64,000 nt of DNA, taken from positions 124,001 to 188,000 of the forward strand of contig JAHDYR010000021.1 in NCBI GenBank assembly GCA_019828565.1, in the 5' to 3' direction. The notes beneath the pieces were generated by a model. The model saw only the letters and a program-made list of their open reading frames with translations, had not been told where the DNA came from and made no database searches. Numbering within the stretch: position 1 is the first letter of the stretch; each line of letters opens with the position of its first letter. The position numbers and the translations under genes were made by a program. Positions 30,477 through 40,597 of the stretch are shown here, one piece after another. This DNA is from Carpediemonas membranifera BICM (lineage: Eukaryota; Protista; Fornicata).

Positions 30477-31382
30477 TTACAACGATTTCCCGCTCTGCCC
30501 GGCCTTGATCCATAGCGGCCCAGAGTTGGCCTGCACCGCCTTCTCACAGGCCACGCCCAGTGCCTTCTGGTGCATGATATATGGCCCGACCGGGACGCTA
30601 CGGACGACGTCTGGAATCTGCTCGTGGAGAGCGCCTACGGGGATAAATATGAGCTCCGTGGAAGAGAGGTGGGCGGCCGCGCGCTGGAGCACGCGGTCGG
30701 TGACTGCCGACAGGGGCACGCGGCGCAACGACTGCTCCTTATCGCCGAGCGTGAGCTCTGTCTTCAGGTCAAGGTCAATGTGTACCTTGGATATGGTCAC
30801 GCGGGGCAGCCCAGTGTTGCCGATGTCGACTCTGGTCGTCATCCTGAGCCCGAGCTGGCTGACTGCGGATGTCAGCCGGACGGGAATGAATATGATGCCA
30901 CCCACACCGCAGCGCGCGCTAATGAGGATGGCCATGTCGCCTGTGACGACGGCGTCGACCTCCGCCTCGATTTTCTTGGCGAATCCGGTGCCGACGCTCT
31001 TTGTCACAACGAGGTGGCGGACCGAGGCGTTCAGACGATCGGCCTGAAGTCCATCGACCTGGAAATCGGAGAGATACGGCTTAGCGAGGTCTGTAACCGC
31101 TGCTGTGGCACGGGAGAGCTCAGTCTTGAGGAGGCCAATATGCTCGGCGGTGACGTACTGCTCGACGGCGGTCTGGATGAGGCAGTTGAGCCAGCTGAGA
31201 TGCTTAGATGAGTACTGAACAGCGTCACCTTCATCGACGGGAGAATCCGCGGAAACGCTGAGATGGAGAGGTGTGTGCTTCTTCTCGTGGCCGCGAGAGA
31301 GCACAGGGAGGAGGTAAAGGAAGAATGCGAAGATTATAACAAGAATTGCCGACGTGAAGCCGAAAAGGAACGAAAGGATCAT
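30477..31382 (-). CDS. Membrane-anchored SMP/TULIP-like protein
   Basis: N-terminal TM followed by LSWLNCLI and long beta strands. Confidence 0.5.
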   Translation of the reverse strand: MILSFLFGFTSAILVIIFAFFLYLLPVLSRGHEKKHTPLHLSVSADSPVDEGDAVQYSSKHLSWLNCLIQTAVEQYVTAEHIGLLKTELSRATAAVTDLAKPYLSDFQVDGLQADRLNASVRHLVVTKSVGTGFAKKIEAEVDAVVTGDMAILISARCGVGGIIFIPVRLTSAVSQLGLRMTTRVDIGNTGLPRVTISKVHIDLDLKTELTLGDKEQSLRRVPLSAVTDRVLQRAAAHLSSTELIFIPVGALHEQIPDVVRSVPVGPYIMHQKALGVACEKAVQANSGPLWIKAGQSGKSL

Positions 31383-31447
31383 CGCTGACTGGACAAATGA
31401 TCGAATGAGGTCCCCGGAATGTGCAGTCTTCGGCCTGGGTCGCGGCA

Positions 31448-31594
31448 ATGGCTGGCACCACGTCTCGCTATGACCCGCAGTCTCCGAGTCGTTGGGACAA
31501 CCACCGGCTCAAGTTCGACATTGCCGTTGCTTTTGCCGAGGGCAACTGCTGGGTCTACAATGCCTCTGCTGGCGCGGGTGCCTGCACCTTCTAA
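31448..31594 (+). CDS. 48-aa small ORF, paralog of 3590-3754
   Basis: MAGTTSRYDPQSPSRWDNHRLKFDIAVAFAEGNCWVYNASAGAGACTF; absent from the ORF track. Confidence 0.45.
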   Translation: MAGTTSRYDPQSPSRWDNHRLKFDIAVAFAEGNCWVYNASAGAGACTF

Positions 31595-32236
31595 TTTCCC
31601 CGCTCCGGCGACACGGCTGTCGTTCTGGCTTTATTGTGTCTCAGTCTTGATGGCGTTGGGTTCAGTTGGTGTGGTTGGTATCCTTGCGTGGTAACTGTTG
31701 CGATCCGTCAGGAGAGAAGCCCCAGCACGGCGGGCACGGAGGGTGAAAAATGACTTGTTGGATAGCTGTCTTCGGGATCTCATTGGAAACGTGCCTTCGA
31801 GTCGACTCGAGCTTCGGGGTTCGGGTGGTGTGGCAAGAATACCGACTGGTGGATGGTCTAGCAACATTGTCATCGCAGGATCAAGTTCAGCTGAAGCTGA
31901 ATTGGACTGACCGTCTGCATCAACTGCTTGGATTCAGACTTGTTCAAGTCGGCATGACTCACCCCCTCAGCCGATGGCCACAGCTGGTAAGCATGCCTGG
32001 ACGGACTGAGATCGCTGCGCTGAACACACGGCAGCTGTCGAGGTAACCTCTAAACCAGCTCGGGTGGGATCATCCAGACGAAAAGTGGAGCAACAGCCGC
32101 ATCACAATCGCACAGAACATGCGCCCAGGCTAATCCGACCAGTGGACGGTTGACATTGAGCAGACCCAGCATATGCGCCCCTCGCGATAGCATGACTTAC
32201 TAAACAGCGCTTGACGCGACATTGCAAAATTAACAT

Positions 32237-34360
32237 TTACTCCTCATAGCACATTGCGCCCTGCATCTCGTCGAAGGAAATGATGACACGGGCATCGAGA
32301 GCGATGACGGCGTCGGTCTTGGCGAGGAGGGGTTGATGTCGAGCTCCTTGACGATCTTGAGATCGGAAATGAGGTAAGAGAACTTGACGAGGGTCTCGGC
32401 GAGGCCCTGGAGGTCGACGGCGGGCTCGCCACGGAAGCCCTTGAGCGCCTTGTAGATCTTGGTCTTCTCGATCGTCGCCTTGGCCTCCTCGAGGTTGAGC
32501 GGGGGATGGCGAGCGCAGAGTCCTTGAAGATCTCGACGAGGACACCGCCGGCACCGAACACGAGGACGGGGCCGTACTGGGGTCGCGGTTCATGCCGATG
32601 ATGACCTCGGAGCCCTTGAGGTCGATCATGGCCTGGACGGTGACGCCGAGGAAGCCGGGGCGGCCGATGCGCTGCTCCATGTCCTTGTAGACGGCGATGA
32701 CCTCCTCCTCGGTCTTGAGGTTGACCTTGACACCGCCGACATCGGACTTGTGGGTGATGGTCTCAGAGTGGATCTTGACGACCACGGGGAAGCCGATCTC
32801 CTTGGCCTTCTGGGCGGCCTCCTCGGGGGTGAAGGCGACCTCGGTGGCGCAGATCTTGATGCCGTAGGCCTCGAGGACCTTCTTGGACTCATACTCGGTA
32901 AGGTAAGAGCGCTTGGCGTCGTAGGCCTCCTTCATGATGGCCATAGCGGCGTCCTTGGCGCCAGCGGGCACGAGGTCCTTGCTGCTGAGGGTCTCGTTCT
33001 TGGTGAGGTCGGCGATGGTGCGGCCGTACTTGACGAGGTAGTTCCACATGCGGACGGCGAGGTCGGGGTACTCGAAGCAGGGGATGCCAGCCTGGCGGAG
33101 GACGTTGCGGCCCTCCTGGACGTCCTTGCCACCGACCCAGGAGGCGATGACGGGCTTGCCAGTGGAGGTGGCGTATTCTGCGAGGTGCTTGGCGGTGGCA
33201 GTCGCGTCGGTCACACCCTGGGGGGTGAGGATGACGAGCATGCCGTCGGCGTTGGGGTCGCGAGCAGCGATGGCGAGGGAGCCGGCGTAGGTCTGGGGAG
33301 GAGCGTCGCCGAGGATGTCAACAGGGTTGTTGCGGGACCAGGCGGCGGGGAGGAAGTCGTTGAGCTCCTTGAAGGTGCCCTCGGACAACTTGGTCAGCTC
33401 GGAGCCGCCGGAGATAAGAGCATCGGTGGAGATGACACCGGGGCCACCAGCGTTGGTGACGATGGTGAGGCGGGGGCCAGCAGGGAGGGGCTGGGCGGCG
33501 ACGACGTCGGCGAGGAGGAAGAGGTCCTGGATCTCGTTGACGCGGAGGACACCGCAGCGCTCGAAGAGGGTGTCGAGGACGTCGTCGGAGCCGGCAAGGG
33601 AGCCAGTGTGGGAGGCGACGGCGGAGGCACCAGCGGCGGTACGGCCGGACTTGATGACGATGATGGGCTTCTTGGGGGAAACCTTCTTGGCGGCGCGGTA
33701 GAAGGACTCGGCATCGCCGAGGCCCTCGATGTAGCAGATGATGGCCTCGGTGTTGTCATCGGAGCCATAGTAGTCGATGATATCTCCCCAGTCGAGGTCG
33801 AGCATGGAGCCGATGGAGACGAAGCCAGAGAAGCCGAGGCCGATGGTCAGGGACCAGTCGAGGACGGCACAGCAGAGGGCACCGGACTGGGAGATGAAAG
33901 CAACCTTGCCGGGCTTGGTCAGGGAGCCGGCGAAGGTGCCGTTGTAGCCGTAGTGGGAGTTCTGGACACCGAGGCAGTTAGGGCCAACGATGCGGAACTT
34001 GCCCTGAGCAATTTCCATGATGTCCTTCTCGAGCTTGATGCCGGGTTCACCCATCTCCTTGAAACCAGCAGAGATGATGATGCCACCGGGGATGCCCTTC
34101 TGAACGCACTCCTTGACAGCGTTAGCGCAGAAGCGAGCGGGGATGACAAGGATGGCGGTATCGGGGGTCTCGGGGAGGTCAAGAACAGACTTGTAGCACT
34201 TGCGGCCAAGGACAGTCTCTCTGGTGGGGTTCACGGGGTAGAACTCGCCAGAGAAATCAAGAAGGTTCTCAGCCATAGTACGGCCAACACCGGGCTTCTC
34301 AGAAGCGCCAATGAGCGCAACGGAGCGAGGGGCGAAGATGTTATCAAGAGCGTGCACCAT
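32237..34360 (-). CDS. ADP-forming acetyl-CoA synthetase (alpha-beta fused), copy 1
   Basis: IGAS, GPNCLG, SQSGA, SHTGSLAG, NPVDILG and HKSDVGGV. Three 1-bp C-run deletions scramble the 3' end relative to copy 2. Confidence 0.93.
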   Translation of the reverse strand: MVHALDNIFAPRSVALIGASEKPGVGRTMAENLLDFSGEFYPVNPTRETVLGRKCYKSVLDLPETPDTAILVIPARFCANAVKECVQKGIPGGIIISAGFKEMGEPGIKLEKDIMEIAQGKFRIVGPNCLGVQNSHYGYNGTFAGSLTKPGKVAFISQSGALCCAVLDWSLTIGLGFSGFVSIGSMLDLDWGDIIDYYGSDDNTEAIICYIEGLGDAESFYRAAKKVSPKKPIIVIKSGRTAAGASAVASHTGSLAGSDDVLDTLFERCGVLRVNEIQDLFLLADVVAAQPLPAGPRLTIVTNAGGPGVISTDALISGGSELTKLSEGTFKELNDFLPAAWSRNNPVDILGDAPPQTYAGSLAIAARDPNADGMLVILTPQGVTDATATAKHLAEYATSTGKPVIASWVGGKDVQEGRNVLRQAGIPCFEYPDLAVRMWNYLVKYGRTIADLTKNETLSSKDLVPAGAKDAAMAIMKEAYDAKRSYLTEYESKKVLEAYGIKICATEVAFTPEEAAQKAKEIGFPVVVKIHSETITHKSDVGGVKVNLKTEEEVIAVYKDMEQRIGRPGFLGVTVQAMIDLKGSEVIIGMNRDPSTAPSSCSVPAVSSSRSSRTLRSPSPAQPRGGQGDDREDQDLQGAQGLPWRARRRPPGPRRDPRQVLLPHFRSQDRQGARHQPLLAKTDAVIALDARVIISFDEMQGAMCYEE

Positions 34361-35506
34361 TTTGAGGTTTCTTCGAAAACTGCTGACGGCTGATCCTGGG
34401 GAGATCGCAAATCAAAATGCATCTTACTGCATCTCCAGAGCGGCGTCGAGTCGGCCTTGCCGCATTGCCCAACTGGGCCGAGTTGCGAACCTGACAGGTC
34501 GTTGAACGAGCCGCAAAACTTGCCGGCAGCGTCTGTGTAAGATGACAAAACGGCGCGCTGAAGTGGTCAAGGGCTCCTGGGGTACCGCCCGGCTTCCTAG
34601 GGCGACACAGTGCACAGTTTAAATTTTCAAGCCGGAATCAGTCAATGAAAGTCCTGGCCGTCAACGTTCGAAATTCTGTTAATTCCGGCGCGCCTTCCGC
34701 GAATCTGGTGCACAGTCGGCGTATCGGCGACATGGGGGGCGTATTGGTGCATTTTTGTTGCCGAGCTAGACAGCTTCAGGTTATACCGAATTGGATTCTG
34801 TTGGATTCGGATCTGCATCAGATTCGTCAAATCTTGTCACAGGATCAACGACAAACAATTTTACAATCGGGTTCACGGGGTGACCAGTATGTCTCAGATT
34901 CAGCTTGGGTGGCTGTCTCAGTCGATTTCGGAAGATTGAAACCGAATCTCCGTCCAAACAAAATTGAAGAAACGAGACCACTAGCCCCTTGGGTACGGTC
35001 ATTGTCTTCCCTGAAATCATCGGGCGGTACGCGAGATTCGGTCAATCTCGAAATTCGCGTGATCTGGTCGGGTCCACCCGGAATGATGGTAATCGCTTAG
35101 TGGCATTGTGATGTTTCTTCTCGGCGCCCCCCATGTCGCCGATACGCCGACTGTGCACCAGATTCGCGGAAGGCGCGCCGGAATTAACAGAATTTCGAAC
35201 GTTGACGGCCAGGACTTTCATTGACTGATTCCGGCTTGAAAATTTAAACTGTGCACTGTGTCGCCCTAGGAAGCCGGGCGGTACCCCAGGAGCCCTTGAC
35301 CACTTCAGCGCGCCGTTTTGTCATCTTACACAGACGCTGCCGGCAAGTTTTGCGGCTCGTTCAACGACCTGTCAGGTTCGCAACTCGGCCCAGTTGGGCA
35401 ATGCGGCAAGGCCGACTCGACGCCGCTCTGGAGATGCAGTAAGATGCATTTTTGATTTGCGATCTCCCCAGGATCAGCCGTCAGCAGTTTTCGAAGAAAC
35501 CTCAAA

Positions 35507-37635
35507 ATGGTGCACGCTCTTGATAACATCTTCGCCCCTCGCTCCGTTGCGCTCATTGGCGCTTCTGAGAAGCCCGGTGTTGGCCGTACTATGGCTGAGA
35601 ACCTTCTTGATTTCTCTGGCGAGTTCTACCCCGTGAACCCCACCAGAGAGACTGTCCTTGGCCGCAAGTGCTACAAGTCTGTTCTTGACCTCCCCGAGAC
35701 CCCCGATACCGCCATCCTTGTCATCCCCGCTCGCTTCTGCGCTAACGCTGTCAAGGAGTGCGTTCAGAAGGGCATCCCCGGTGGCATCATCATCTCTGCT
35801 GGTTTCAAGGAGATGGGTGAACCCGGCATCAAGCTCGAGAAGGACATCATGGAAATTGCTCAGGGCAAGTTCCGCATCGTTGGCCCTAACTGCCTCGGTG
35901 TCCAGAACTCCCACTACGGCTACAACGGCACCTTCGCCGGCTCCCTGACCAAGCCCGGCAAGGTTGCTTTCATCTCCCAGTCCGGTGCCCTCTGCTGTGC
36001 CGTCCTCGACTGGTCCCTGACCATCGGCCTCGGCTTCTCTGGCTTCGTCTCCATCGGCTCCATGCTCGACCTCGACTGGGGAGATATCATCGACTACTAT
36101 GGCTCCGATGACAACACCGAGGCCATCATCTGCTACATCGAGGGCCTCGGCGATGCCGAGTCCTTCTACCGCGCCGCCAAGAAGGTTTCCCCCAAGAAGC
36201 CCATCATCGTCATCAAGTCCGGCCGTACCGCCGCTGGTGCCTCCGCCGTCGCCTCCCACACTGGCTCCCTTGCCGGCTCCGACGACGTCCTCGACACCCT
36301 CTTCGAGCGCTGCGGTGTCCTCCGCGTCAACGAGATCCAGGACCTCTTCCTCCTCGCCGACGTCGTCGCCGCCCAGCCCCTCCCTGCTGGCTCCCCCGCC
36401 TCACCATCGTCACCAACGCTGGTGGCCCCGGTGTCATCTCCACCGATGCTCTTATCTCCGGCGGCTCCGAGCTGACCAAGTTGTCCGAGGGCACCTTCAA
36501 GGAGCTCAACGACTTCCTCCCCGCCGCCTGGTCCCGCAACAACCCTGTTGACATCCTCGGCGACGCTCCTCCCCAGACCTACGCCGGCTCCCTCGCCATC
36601 GCTGCTCGCGACCCCAACGCCGACGGCATGCTCGTCATCCTCACCCCCCAGGGTGTGACCGACGCGACTGCCACCGCCAAGCACCTCGCAGAATACGCCA
36701 CCTCCACTGGCAAGCCCGTCATCGCCTCCTGGGTCGGTGGCAAGGACGTCCAGGAGGGCCGCAACGTCCTCCGCCAGGCTGGCATCCCCTGCTTCGAGTA
36801 CCCCGACCTCGCCGTCCGCATGTGGAACTACCTCGTCAAGTACGGCCGCACCATCGCCGACCTCACCAAGAACGAGACCCTCAGCAGCAAGGACCTCGTG
36901 CCCGCTGGCGCCAAGGACGCCGCTATGGCCATCATGAAGGAGGCCTACGACGCCAAGCGCTCTTACCTTACCGAGTATGAGTCCAAGAAGGTCCTCGAGG
37001 CCTACGGCATCAAGATCTGCGCCACCGAGGTCGCCTTCACCCCCGAGGAGGCCGCCCAGAAGGCCAAGGAGATCGGCTTCCCCGTGGTCGTCAAGATCCA
37101 CTCTGAGACCATCACCCACAAGTCCGATGTCGGCGGTGTCAAGGTCAACCTCAAGACCGAGGAGGAGGTCATCGCCGTCTACAAGGACATGGAGCAGCGC
37201 ATCGGCCGCCCCGGCTTCCTCGGCGTCACCGTCCAGGCCATGATCGACCTCAAGGGCTCCGAGGTCATCATCGGCATGAACCGCGACCCCCAGTACGGCC
37301 CCGTCCTCGTGTTCGGTGCCGGCGGTGTCCTCGTCGAGATCTTCAAGGACTCTGCGCTCGCCATCCCCCCGCTCAACCTCGAGGAGGCCAAGGCGACGAT
37401 CGAGAAGACCAAGATCTACAAGGCGCTCAAGGGCTTCCGTGGCGAGCCCGCCGTCGACCTCCAGGGCCTCGCCGAGACCCTCGTCAAGTTCTCTTACCTC
37501 ATTTCCGATCTCAAGATCGTCAAGGAGCTCGACATCAACCCCCTCCTCGCCAAGACCGACGCCGTCATCGCTCTCGATGCCCGTGTCATCATTTCCTTCG
37601 ACGAGATGCAGGGCGCAATGTGCTATGAGGAGTAA
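35507..37635 (+). CDS. ADP-forming acetyl-CoA synthetase, copy 2 (apparent +2 frameshift near 36392)
   Basis: Same protein; intact C-terminus ELDINPL...ALDARV. Consensus of the two copies is 708 aa. Confidence 0.93.
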
Positions 37636-38045
37636 ATGTTAATTTTGCAATGTCGCGTCAAGCGCTGTTTAGTAAGTCATGCTATCGCGAGGGGCGCATA
37701 TGCTGGGTCTGCTCAATGTCAACCGTCCACTGGTCGGATTAGCCTGGGCGCATGTTCTGTGCGATTGTGATGCGGCTGTTGCCCCACTTTTCGTCTGGAT
37801 GATCCCACCCGAGCTGGTTTAGAGGTTACCTCGACAGCTGCCGTGTGTTCAGCGCAGCGATCTCAGTCCGTCCAGGCATGCTTACCAGCTGTGGCATCGG
37901 CTGAGTGGGATGAGTCGGGCTGCATCATGGAGCCAAACATGACGCCATCATATGATGAGGATATGACTTGTCTCGTTCCCAGCTGAGTTCATCCAACATG
38001 ACACACCAGCACGCGATGCGAGTCCATTTATAACACCATACACCC

Positions 38046-39050
38046 TCATTCCGCATCCCGCCGGTCAAAGTGGGTGATCTGCAGCTTTCCCTCCTTCGAC
38101 GCGTATGCCAGCATCGTACCGTCTTCCGACCAGGCCGCCACAGGGCCAAAATTCCCATGCCGCTGCCTTACGAAGTGCAGCTGCATGTCCTCATAAATGG
38201 ACACGCTCTTCTCAGTTACTACGGCCACGAGCATGGGATAGTAGAGGCCGGCCTCCCGGGTCTGCTCGCTGCGGACAGCGATGGAGAGAATAGAGCTCTC
38301 CAACTCCACGCTAGCGACGGGCACGAGCACAGGGGCGTTCTTGCTGCTGAACAGGGTCAGCGTACCACTGTTCTGGCCCATGAGAACCACCCCGTTGCCC
38401 ACAGCGAGAGCTGTGAATGGGTCTGCCCTTGGCGCGTGTTGCTCGGCAAGCACGGCCATCTGCGGATCGTTATCACACCGCATGATGGTCAGTGCCGAGG
38501 GGCTGGCAACTGCCATCAGCGTCGACTGAGATACGGAGAGGAGCGCCGCGTCAAAGGCACCAGGAACCCTACCGATAGACACGGCATCACCGGACGCCAT
38601 GTCCATGTGGCAGGCGAGGTCCAGGCCGCAGAGGGCGAGGTACTGCTCATCATTGCTCTCGGTCAGCCCGCGGATGCTGGTAATCGGTACGTTGAGCTCT
38701 GTGCCAAAGTGGGTGAGGGGCACCTTGTCGAACTCCCCGTTTGATACGTAGGCCTCGAGGTCTGCGATCTGGATGCTTCCGTCAGTAATCCACATATATT
38801 GTATGGCCTCTCCCTCTGCGACAATGTCCGCGATGTATATTGAGTGTATCCGGTTCAAGCTTGTGGAATAGTTGTGAAGCAGCGTCAGGGCGCGGTCCGT
38901 GACCTTCCATAGGAGCACATGGCCGTTGGACAGCCCCGTGGTAAGATGCTGGCCATTTGACGCGAATGTAAGCGATGTAATGACCGCATCCTCTTGACGC
39001 AGCTCATGCTGGCTCGTAGAGGCGACGCTATAGAACGTTTCCTCCCCCAT
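38046..39050 (-). CDS. WD40-repeat protein
   Basis: ITSLTFASNGQHLTTGLSNGHVLLW and AWSEDGTMLAYAS. Confidence 0.7.
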   Translation of the reverse strand: MGEETFYSVASTSQHELRQEDAVITSLTFASNGQHLTTGLSNGHVLLWKVTDRALTLLHNYSTSLNRIHSIYIADIVAEGEAIQYMWITDGSIQIADLEAYVSNGEFDKVPLTHFGTELNVPITSIRGLTESNDEQYLALCGLDLACHMDMASGDAVSIGRVPGAFDAALLSVSQSTLMAVASPSALTIMRCDNDPQMAVLAEQHAPRADPFTALAVGNGVVLMGQNSGTLTLFSSKNAPVLVPVASVELESSILSIAVRSEQTREAGLYYPMLVAVVTEKSVSIYEDMQLHFVRQRHGNFGPVAAWSEDGTMLAYASKEGKLQITHFDRRDAE

Positions 39051-39118
39051 GTCTGAGATGGAGGGGTAAAACTGCGAGATGACTCCCAGGGCATGCCACC
39101 GGGCCCTAACCGCTATGT

Positions 39119-39586
39119 TTACTTGGCATACTGCTTGGCGTTGACGCCCTCCTTGTTTCTCGCGATCTCGATGGCGAGATACTGGCATCTGGGGACAATG
39201 ATGGTGTTGTGCTCGTCGCAGTCCTTCTTGCAGTCAACACGGAGCAGCGTCGCCATGTTCCAGTCGGGGATCTTGCCTTCGAACGGCATCAGGAATGGCC
39301 TCCACTTCTTCTTGGCATCCTCGGACTTGAGCTCCTCCTCCTCGACGGCATCGATGTTCAGCTCGGGAAAAGCGAAACGGAACGAAGAATAGATAAGATC
39401 GTCGATCTTAGTCATTCTGAACGTCGTGAGGTCCTTGACAGACTTGCGCAGACGATCATACGTCTCTGCATACTTCTAGGTGAGTGCCGAGGGAAAAAAA
39501 CAAACAGCAGCCTTCATCGCCCAGTTCAGCTCAATCTGAGCATCGTTGCTTACGCCTTCCTCGAAAGGATCGTGCTTTGGGGCCAT
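39119..39586 (-). CDS. PBDC1: PBDC1-like protein (intron-containing; start approximate)
   Basis: LKS..AKKKWRPF..F....DWNMATLLR...YLAIEIARNKEG; upstream exon IELNWAMKA. Confidence 0.8.
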
Positions 39587-39797
39587 CCTCGCGTCTCACA
39601 GTCACCGGCAGTTTAAGGTTCTTGACTAATGCTCTGAAACGAGCACCCCGACCCACATAGGCCTTGCCTACAGGTATCGGGCATCGTCAAGTAGAGACAC
39701 GTTAAACTGCCGCCGCCCTCACATTGTCGTCATCACTGCCTTCGTGACACCAATCAGAAGATGCATGCTATTTAGTAGTAACCGAGGACCATATGTT

Positions 39798-40376
39798 TCA
39801 CACATCGAGCAGCCCGTCCAGCATTGCCTCGTCCTCGTCGTCGAGCACGCTATCATACAGAGACTTATCCGCCCGGGTGTCGACCAGCCTGATACCCGGA
39901 CTGGCAGTCTTCTCCACGGCCATGCCGGCAAGGTTTGCCATGCGGTACTTCTCGGGGTCGAAGCCCGGGCTTGCTTGATAGAGCTTGCTCGCGGACATCA
40001 ATTTGCTCGTGGGAAGCTCGTATGCCTCGTCCTCTTCGAGAAGGCCCTCGATATCTTCGTCAAGGAACCTGTCGAGCTGATCAATGGACGCTTTGGATGC
40101 AGTATTCGGGTTGTGCTGCTGTTGTTCGCGCTGAGGCGCTCGTCGTGCACTGGCGGCGGTGTTGGCGTCATATGATGTGCGAGATGTATGTATAGGCGTG
40201 GAAGTTGCACTAGCTCCTGGGGCCCGTGGAGTTGAACGCGCTGATGACTGATGTGGAACATTTGGTGTGCCACGAGCAGAGGGATGGGCAGATCGCGCTG
40301 AATCAAGCGCCATTTCAGGAATATTGTTATGTTTTGGTAGTTCGTCGTTTTTCGGCGCAGATGAACCTGCTCCCAT
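39798..40376 (-). CDS. Hypothetical disordered protein with possible N-myristoylation
   Basis: MGAGSS start; 192-aa ORF. Confidence 0.55.
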   Translation of the reverse strand: MGAGSSAPKNDELPKHNNIPEMALDSARSAHPSARGTPNVPHQSSARSTPRAPGASATSTPIHTSRTSYDANTAASARRAPQREQQQHNPNTASKASIDQLDRFLDEDIEGLLEEDEAYELPTSKLMSASKLYQASPGFDPEKYRMANLAGMAVEKTASPGIRLVDTRADKSLYDSVLDDEDEAMLDGLLDV

Positions 40377-40597
40377 TCGTCGTTGTAGTTTTTATCGATT
40401 TCGGAGAGCATATTCTGCACCGAGTTGTTATGTTGCACTCTGTCATGCCATGCCAGCTGAGCGACACACAACGAATGGGCCAAGGTGCGTTTAGCCACAT
40501 CTCAACGCCACACAGCTCATGATCAGCCGACGCGTGTACCCGGCCCCTTGACAAGCCCCACTCATACGGTATTGAACAAAACCTGCCCTGCCTTGGT

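Larger units (their letters stand above)
31956..37916. repeat. Inverted duplication: arms ~31956-34741 and 35125-37916, 383-bp unique spacer
   Basis: Arms are near-perfect reverse complements, including non-coding flanks. Confidence 0.95.
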
